From Psychrobacter sp. DM4 (GTDB lineage: Bacteria; Pseudomonadota; Gammaproteobacteria; Pseudomonadales; Moraxellaceae): a DNA stretch of 32,000 nt. Location of the stretch: NCBI RefSeq assembly GCF_051307035.1, contig NZ_CP195536.1, positions 2,190,001 to 2,222,000 on the forward strand, in the 5' to 3' direction. A model generated the notes under the pieces. It did not search any database. It was given only the letters and a program-made list of their open reading frames with translations, and was not told the DNA's origin. Position 1 is the first letter of the stretch; every line of letters starts with the position of its first letter. The position numbers and the translations under genes were made by a program. Positions 26,415 through 32,000 of this stretch are shown here, piece after piece.

Positions 26415-27707
26415 ATGACTGTGCTCAACAATAATTTTAAACAAAAAATTTCAAGTTTACAGGATAAGGAACAAGCCTCTCTAAAGAATCACAATGATAC
26501 AAAACAAGATTTTAATATATTTACGATCTTGCGTAAGACAGGTGAAGAAGTTGGTTTGCACTCTCGCTTCCTTGCCGAATTACTCAATAGAAATGCTAGT
26601 CATAAAATAGCAGACTTTCAACAATTATTCATTGAAACCGTATTAAATAATGCCATAGCAACACAAGAATGGAATCGAGAAAAATTAAGTCCTAAAGATG
26701 ACTACAGTTGTGAAATTGAATATAGTTTTCGTAATTCAGATCATGGTAGAGCTGATATCATTCTCAAAAACAAAAACAACGTTATTGTTGTCGAAAACAA
26801 GACTTATGCTTTTGATCAAAAAGGTCAACTGGCTAAATATTATAAAGCGTGCCAAGAATTGGGCTATGACGATAAAAATATTTACATAGTATATTTAAAT
26901 CGTTTCGGGGATGATGTGTCGCCCTATGGACAGGGAAATATTAGTAATGAAGACTATGGCGTGATTAGCTATAAAGAGGATGTTTTTAACTTTTTAAAAC
27001 TATGTAAGGCAAAGGTAGTAGATTATCCGCATATAGAACAGACTATTGAGCAGTATATTAATACTGTTGCTCGGATTACAGGTCAAACAAGGAATGCGAA
27101 AATGAAACAAGAGTATGTAGTATTTTTGGCAGATGAAAATAACTTTAAAACTGTCTATAAACTGAGCCAGAACTTTGAAACCATTCAAAAAAATATTCAG
27201 AACGATATGTGGGATGACCTATTGGCTTATCTTAAGGAGAGAAATCTAGCGTTTACCTTTTGTGATAATCAGTTATCAACCTATAGTCAAGAAAAAGCAG
27301 TAAAGCAGTATTTCTCAGGTGGCAGCACTAAAAATAAAGCTAAGACCTATGGAATTTGCTACAAAATAGTAGATAAAGGTGACATAGAGGTTTACTGTTA
27401 TGTTGAATTAAACCATCGTTTGTATTACAGCGTTACTCTAGTAGAGAAAGATGGGGTACGTCTGCCAGAATATCCAACCGACCTTGAAGGCTTTAAAGAT
27501 AAGGTTATAGCATTACGCAAAAACTGGGAAGGTAAAAATAAGAAGAAAAACTTAGGTGGAATTATTTATCCGCAACGCCCAGTCAACTTCAAAAAACCTA
27601 ACGCTAATTTTTTCGATATTATCAACGAGAAGAGTCGCAAAGAGTGGGTTGCTGAAACTGCTGACGATGTTATTCAACTAATTAATGATGTAAAGAGTAT
27701 TTCATGA
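26415..27707 (+). CDS. PD-(D/E)XK nuclease family protein (PDDEXK_4-like N-terminal half, unassigned C-terminal half)
   Basis: The N-terminal FNIFTILRKTGEEVGLHSRFLAELLN motif and the core GRADIILKNKNNVIVVENKTYAFDQKGQLAKY (D114 .. E127-x-K129 .. QLxxY) match the restriction-endonuclease-like PD-(D/E)XK signature as recalled for Pfam PDDEXK_4. Residues from about 200 to 430 carry no motif I recognise. Confidence 0.75.
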   Translation: MTVLNNNFKQKISSLQDKEQASLKNHNDTKQDFNIFTILRKTGEEVGLHSRFLAELLNRNASHKIADFQQLFIETVLNNAIATQEWNREKLSPKDDYSCEIEYSFRNSDHGRADIILKNKNNVIVVENKTYAFDQKGQLAKYYKACQELGYDDKNIYIVYLNRFGDDVSPYGQGNISNEDYGVISYKEDVFNFLKLCKAKVVDYPHIEQTIEQYINTVARITGQTRNAKMKQEYVVFLADENNFKTVYKLSQNFETIQKNIQNDMWDDLLAYLKERNLAFTFCDNQLSTYSQEKAVKQYFSGGSTKNKAKTYGICYKIVDKGDIEVYCYVELNHRLYYSVTLVEKDGVRLPEYPTDLEGFKDKVIALRKNWEGKNKKKNLGGIIYPQRPVNFKKPNANFFDIINEKSRKEWVAETADDVIQLINDVKSIS

Positions 27708-28756
27708 AAATCAAAAACCATCCAAAACTAAAAAAACTCGCCTTGAAAGCACAAAAAAATATCGTCAAAAGACTGCTTGGTCTGCCCAAACCTGTCCTAC
27801 GCAAAATCGCAGGCGACCCTATCGTTATAGACGGTCAAATATTAGATGTCTCAGTACAAGTCATTCTAAAGCTATTTGGTCCACCGCCCAATCACCTAGC
27901 TAGCGTTGCCAGCACACGTAGACAGATCGATGCACAAGGGCCTTTACTGGCGCAGTCTGACCATAAAGACATCGTTAGCGATGACTTTCAGCTTGACGTA
28001 TCAGGCGGTGACAGCATAACCCTACGTCGTTATCGCCACCGAAAGGCTGGCAAAAACAATCAACCTGCTCTAGTGTTTTATCATGGTGGCGGTTATGTCG
28101 CAGGCTCGCTTGAATCCCACGATTTGGTCTGTCAGCATTTGGCAGCGGATGGTAATTGCACCGTCATCGCGGTCGATTACCGCCTTGCGCCTGAGCATCC
28201 CTTCCCTACTCCTGTCAATGATGGACTGGCCGCTTTCCGTTATATTGCGAGTAATACCGACAAGTTTGGTGTTGATGCGACGCGTCTGGCGGTCGGTGGT
28301 GATAGTGCGGGTGGCAATTTAGCGGCGGTCGTCGCGCAGCAGACCAAAGACGATGATTATGCGCCAAAGTTACAATTATTATGGGTGCCTTGGGTCGATA
28401 TGAGCCGTGAGTATGAATCGTATGAGCTTTTTGCGACGGGTTTCTTTTTAGAGCGCGTCAAGATGCGTTGGTTCCAAGAGCAATATATAGAGGATGCAAC
28501 CGATACCACAGATCCGATGGCATCGCCGATATTTGGTGATTTAAAAGGCATTGCCCCTGCTGTCATTTTGGTAGGAGGATTTGATCCGCTGCGCGATGAA
28601 GGCGTGGCTTATGCAGACAAACTTAAAGGCGCGGATGTAGAGACTGAGATTATGGTCTATAAGACTTTGCCACATATATTTCCTCTATTAGCAGGTGAAA
28701 TAGCAGATGCCAAAGTTGCCTTTGATGATGCGACTCGTGCACTTCGCGGTCTGTAG
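27704..28756 (+). CDS. alpha/beta hydrolase, hormone-sensitive-lipase (family IV) esterase/lipase
   Basis: Oxyanion-hole motif YHGGGY, nucleophile elbow GDSAGGN, acid residue region DPLRDEG and catalytic His near LPHIF. The start ATG overlaps the upstream stop (ATGA). Confidence 0.88.
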   Translation: MKIKNHPKLKKLALKAQKNIVKRLLGLPKPVLRKIAGDPIVIDGQILDVSVQVILKLFGPPPNHLASVASTRRQIDAQGPLLAQSDHKDIVSDDFQLDVSGGDSITLRRYRHRKAGKNNQPALVFYHGGGYVAGSLESHDLVCQHLAADGNCTVIAVDYRLAPEHPFPTPVNDGLAAFRYIASNTDKFGVDATRLAVGGDSAGGNLAAVVAQQTKDDDYAPKLQLLWVPWVDMSREYESYELFATGFFLERVKMRWFQEQYIEDATDTTDPMASPIFGDLKGIAPAVILVGGFDPLRDEGVAYADKLKGADVETEIMVYKTLPHIFPLLAGEIADAKVAFDDATRALRGL

Positions 28757-28956
28757 GATAACGCTTATAAATATTAAGAAGCAGATTAAATGAATCCGCT
28801 TAGTCAGCTACTAGCAGAACAATTAAACCGTATAAATTATTAGACGTTATGGCAAAATGAATGGACGCAGGAAAGTTTAAAGAATCGATTTCAACGCCAG
28901 TTCTACTAATAGTCCTAGCGCTAAATTACTATAATAATCAATCATAGGAAGTATTT

Positions 28957-29262
28957 ATGAGCACTCAAGAAAAACAAGCCATCACTGTCATTGCCACTAT
29001 CAAAGTCAAACCTGAGCACGTAGAGCAGGTCAAGTCTGAGATGGTTAAATTAACCCAAGCGTCACAAGCTGAACAAGGCGCTATTCAATATAATATACAT
29101 CAGGATAATGAGGATTCTAGTAACTTTATTACTTATGAGGTTTGGGAGAATAATGAGTCTTTGGAGCAGCATGGAAAAAGCGCGCACTTTCAAAACTTTG
29201 TTAAAGCAACAGACGGCATGATCGATAACTTTGTCATCAAGCAAACGACGCTTATCGCTTAG
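28957..29262 (+). CDS. antibiotic-biosynthesis-monooxygenase (ABM) domain protein, YgiN-like putative quinol monooxygenase
   Basis: 101 aa. ATIKVKPEH .. YEVWENNESLEQHGKSAHFQNF fits the ABM ferredoxin-like domain pattern. Confidence 0.8.
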   Translation: MSTQEKQAITVIATIKVKPEHVEQVKSEMVKLTQASQAEQGAIQYNIHQDNEDSSNFITYEVWENNESLEQHGKSAHFQNFVKATDGMIDNFVIKQTTLIA

Positions 29263-29455
29263 ATATTTGAGGAATGTACCATTTCATTTGTGACACTACA
29301 TCTCTTTGAATATGTTGCTTGGGTGTTCTAGAATTGGGAAATTTTCTCCAAACGCTATCCTTTGGAGTTATCTATAGCGCCCGCTCCTGTGCTAACCAAG
29401 ACATAAGCGAAAAGCGAGATTAGCTCCCATACTTCTAAAAACAAAACCGCACAAC

Positions 29456-29737
29456 TTAAACAAACTCCCGCTCAACATTCATCACCCGCGCGTCCACAGT
29501 ACGTTCTATCTTCTCCTCAATCTGACTACACTGTGACTCAACCTCACGTTTAGACAGCCCAACGATCACAAACGTCCACTCACTGGCGTCGTGCCGATCA
29601 CGCTCACCGCTCTCACAGACGGCGATGCTTGGCGTATTGCCAAAGCGCGCGTGCAAGCCGCCCATGCGTTGGCGTTTTTCTTTTAGCGAGCTACACCCAG
29701 GCAAGGAGAAAGTTAGCGTCAAGATAGCGATATGCAT
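29456..29737 (-). CDS. DUF503 family protein (YlxP-like)
   Basis: 93 aa. LTFSLPGCSSLKEKRQ .. matches the DUF503 hallmark (hIPxsxSLKeKR). Confidence 0.7.
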   Translation of the reverse strand: MHIAILTLTFSLPGCSSLKEKRQRMGGLHARFGNTPSIAVCESGERDRHDASEWTFVIVGLSKREVESQCSQIEEKIERTVDARVMNVEREFV

Positions 29738-29885
29738 AAGTTTTCCTTTATCAATATGACCGTCGTTTACAGGTCATGGTATCATCAAGCACGCTTGGTG
29801 CATGGTCAGCAACTTGTAAGATATATTATCGTACCCATAACTATAAGACTAAAATTGCCTCAATATGAACTAAAGAGATTTAACC

Positions 29886-31241
29886 ATGACAAAACATTAT
29901 GATTATATTGCCATCGGTGGCGGTAGCGGCGGTATTGCTTCAATCAACCGCGCGGCGAGCTATGGCAAAAAGTGTGCGATTATCGAAGCGGAGCAATTGG
30001 GCGGCACTTGTGTCAACTGGGGCTGCGTACCCAAAAAAGTGATGTGGTACGGCGCGCAAGTGGCTGAAGCGATTGAGAAATATGCGCCAGATTATGGCTT
30101 TGATGTCGAGTTAAAAGGCTTTGACTTTCAAAAGCTGGTCAATAGTCGTCAACAATATATCCAAAACATTCATCGCTCTTATGATAATAATTTGGCAAAG
30201 AACGGCGTTGAAGTGATAAAAGGCTTTGCCAAATTCGTCGATACCAATACGGTCGAGGTCAATGGCGAGCAGATTACCGCTGACCATATTTTAATCGCGA
30301 CGGGCGGTCATCCTATTTTTCCTGATATCAAAGGCGCAGAGCACGGTATCGATTCTGATGGGTTCTTTAGATTGAACCATCTACCAAAACGGGTGGCTAT
30401 CGTCGGCGCAGGATATATTGCCGTTGAGATCGCAGGCGTGCTCAATAGCTTGGGTGCTGAGGTGCATCTGTATGTGCGTCAGCATTCGCCGCTACGCTCG
30501 TTTGACCATACTATCGTAGAGGCATTACTGATAGAGATGGAGCAAGACGGTATTCAATTGCATACCGAAACGACGCTCACTGAAGTCAATAAAAACGACG
30601 ATGGTAGTTTGGAGTTATTCACTAAAGACGGTAGTCTTGATACGGTCGAGTGTTTGATTTGGGCGATTGGTCGTGCGCCTTCGACCGACACTATCAACTT
30701 AGACGTCACAGGGGTTGAGACGACGGACAATGGTAAAATTAAAGTTGATAAGTTCCAGAATACCAATGTTGAAGGTATTTACGCGGTTGGCGATATTATC
30801 GAGCACAGTGTTGACTTGACGCCTGTGGCTATCGCGGCAGGTCGCAGGTTATCTGAGCGCTTGTTCAATGGCAAGACTGATGAACATTTGGTCTATGATT
30901 TAATACCGACGGTTATCTTTACCCATCCGCCTATCGGTACTATTGGCTTGTCTGAGATTGACGCAATCAAGCATCATGGTAAGGATAATATCAAGTGCTA
31001 TACCTCAAGCTTTACCTCGATGTATAGTGCGGTGACTCAGCATCGTCAAAAGTGCGTGATGAAGCTTGTATGCTTAGGCGATGACGAAAAAGTCATCGGT
31101 TTGCATGGCATCGGCTTTGGGGTAGATGAGATGATTCAAGGGTTTGCTGTCGCGATTAAGATGGGCGCAACTAAGGCTGACTTTGACGATACTGTTGCTA
31201 TTCACCCTACGGGTTCAGAAGAGTTTGTGACGATGCGCTGA
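29886..31241 (+). CDS. gor: glutathione-disulfide reductase
   Basis: FAD motif IGGGSGG. Redox-active site [21 protein letters not shown]-binding GAGYIAVE. C-terminal [12 protein letters not shown], typical of Gor. Confidence 0.93.
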   Translation: MTKHYDYIAIGGGSGGIASINRAASYGKKCAIIEAEQLGGTCVNWGCVPKKVMWYGAQVAEAIEKYAPDYGFDVELKGFDFQKLVNSRQQYIQNIHRSYDNNLAKNGVEVIKGFAKFVDTNTVEVNGEQITADHILIATGGHPIFPDIKGAEHGIDSDGFFRLNHLPKRVAIVGAGYIAVEIAGVLNSLGAEVHLYVRQHSPLRSFDHTIVEALLIEMEQDGIQLHTETTLTEVNKNDDGSLELFTKDGSLDTVECLIWAIGRAPSTDTINLDVTGVETTDNGKIKVDKFQNTNVEGIYAVGDIIEHSVDLTPVAIAAGRRLSERLFNGKTDEHLVYDLIPTVIFTHPPIGTIGLSEIDAIKHHGKDNIKCYTSSFTSMYSAVTQHRQKCVMKLVCLGDDEKVIGLHGIGFGVDEMIQGFAVAIKMGATKADFDDTVAIHPTGSEEFVTMR

Positions 31242-31293
31242 GTATGGTGTACTAATTGATGATGCGCTCGTTTTTATTGTCTGAGTCAAAATC

Positions 31294-31323
31294 AAAAGGC
31301 TATTCTTGATAGAATAGCCTTTT
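31294..31323. terminator. bidirectional rho-independent terminator between gor and the DUF2846 gene
   Basis: Perfect 13-bp stem AAAAGGCTATTCT / AGAATAGCCTTTT with a 4-nt loop. Confidence 0.75.
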
Positions 31324-31366
31324 CTGGGACAGTCGTGTCGATAAAGACAGTGTTTAATATCTTAGG

Positions 31367-31828
31367 TTACTGGCTACAAGTACCTTTTACACCAAGTTTT
31401 AGATCAGATATTGCCTCCCTACCTTCACTTTCTGTTACTTGCTTTAAACCCGCACCGCCAACGAACAGACCAGGTTTAATATACTGTTTTATAAAATAGT
31501 TCTGACCGGTAGCTGTGTTAACCATCAAATCATTTGGCGAAAACTCAGACTCAGTAGAAACTTTATGCGCCCTATTACCTAATACTTCATGATAAAAAAA
31601 CGTTCCGCGTGCGGTCTCTCCGATACATTCATCATCTACCCATGTGTCTTTTTTGAGGGCAGCACCGATCACACTATTACTACGATAAATGTATAAGCCA
31701 GCATTGCCATCACTAGGGGCGTTGACTTGCTTAATAACATTTGAGACTTCTGCTTGCTCCGTTGGAACGGACGCACAACCAACAAACAAACTTGAAACAG
31801 CGACGATAAAAACGATCTTTTTTAGCAT
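31367..31828 (-). CDS. DUF2846-like lipoprotein
   Basis: Lipobox LFVGC. The GLYIYRSNS .. pattern and ~150 aa size are recalled as DUF2846. Confidence 0.55.
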   Translation of the reverse strand: MLKKIVFIVAVSSLFVGCASVPTEQAEVSNVIKQVNAPSDGNAGLYIYRSNSVIGAALKKDTWVDDECIGETARGTFFYHEVLGNRAHKVSTESEFSPNDLMVNTATGQNYFIKQYIKPGLFVGGAGLKQVTESEGREAISDLKLGVKGTCSQ

Positions 31829-32000
31829 AATATTTCTCTAAAGATAAGGTGGATGTGTAGTGGTCACTTTATTTTTTTAATATTAAATCGCTTTGGTATA
31901 AATAACTTATAGACACATAGCTCAGCTCTAATTACCCAAAACCCATTCATCATTCACTTGATACACTCTGAAGTTCCCTTTATTAGTGCGGCTATTGCCC

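Noticed and set aside
31928-31999. Possible 3' end of a minus-strand gene running off the window (.. GNSRTNKGNFRVYQVNDEWVLGN*)
   Set aside because: Only 23 codons are visible, which is too short to support a call.
1-32000. Search for tRNA/rRNA genes, CRISPR arrays, IS elements and integrases
   Set aside because: I found no tRNA-like GC-rich cloverleaf segments in any intergenic region. There are no regularly spaced repeats and no transposase or integrase-like ORFs in the six-frame track.

Overview
The window looks like a chromosomal segment of a gammaproteobacterium. I infer a Moraxellaceae/Psychrobacter-like origin from gene content and moderate GC; this was not computed. About 30 protein genes are supported, most on the minus strand and most core functions.

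Genes in order:
- DUF58 (partial) and a MoxR ATPase
- a c-type cytochrome lipoprotein
- a FimX-like pseudo-REC/PAS/degenerate-GGDEF/degenerate-EAL protein, followed by an unassigned 608-aa gene
- the divergent epmB / efp pair
- a GAF hybrid histidine kinase
- tcdA and a TatD-family hydrolase
- a lipoprotein
- gspN-gspC-gspD (a partial type II secretion cluster)
- an H-NS-like gene
- ssb, a DUF3833 lipoprotein and a YajR-type MFS transporter
- uvrA
- a small lipoprotein
- an AT-rich two-gene islet
- an HSL-family esterase, an ABM monooxygenase, a DUF503 protein, gor and a DUF2846 lipoprotein

I found no rRNA, tRNA, CRISPR array, integrase or transposase.

The main anomaly is the compositionally foreign stretch at about 25345-27707, roughly 2.4 kb. 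Sampled 60-nt lines give about 28-38% GC there, against about 45-60% in flanking genes. It holds two divergently transcribed genes:
- A 310-aa protein that, by manual alignment, is collinear with the FtsZ/tubulin core. It lacks the glycine-rich GTP-binding loops but keeps a T7-like D-x-x-D.
- A 430-aa PD-(D/E)XK nuclease of the PDDEXK_4 type with an unassigned C-terminal half.

I flag this pair as a candidate undescribed conflict/defence module.

Secondary observations:
- near-identical terminator copies bracket the small lipoprotein gene
- a perfect 20-bp inverted repeat lies upstream of the 608-aa gene
- both c-di-GMP domains of the FimX-like protein are catalytically degenerate
- direct repeats bracket an extremely AT-rich tract upstream of the H-NS-like gene
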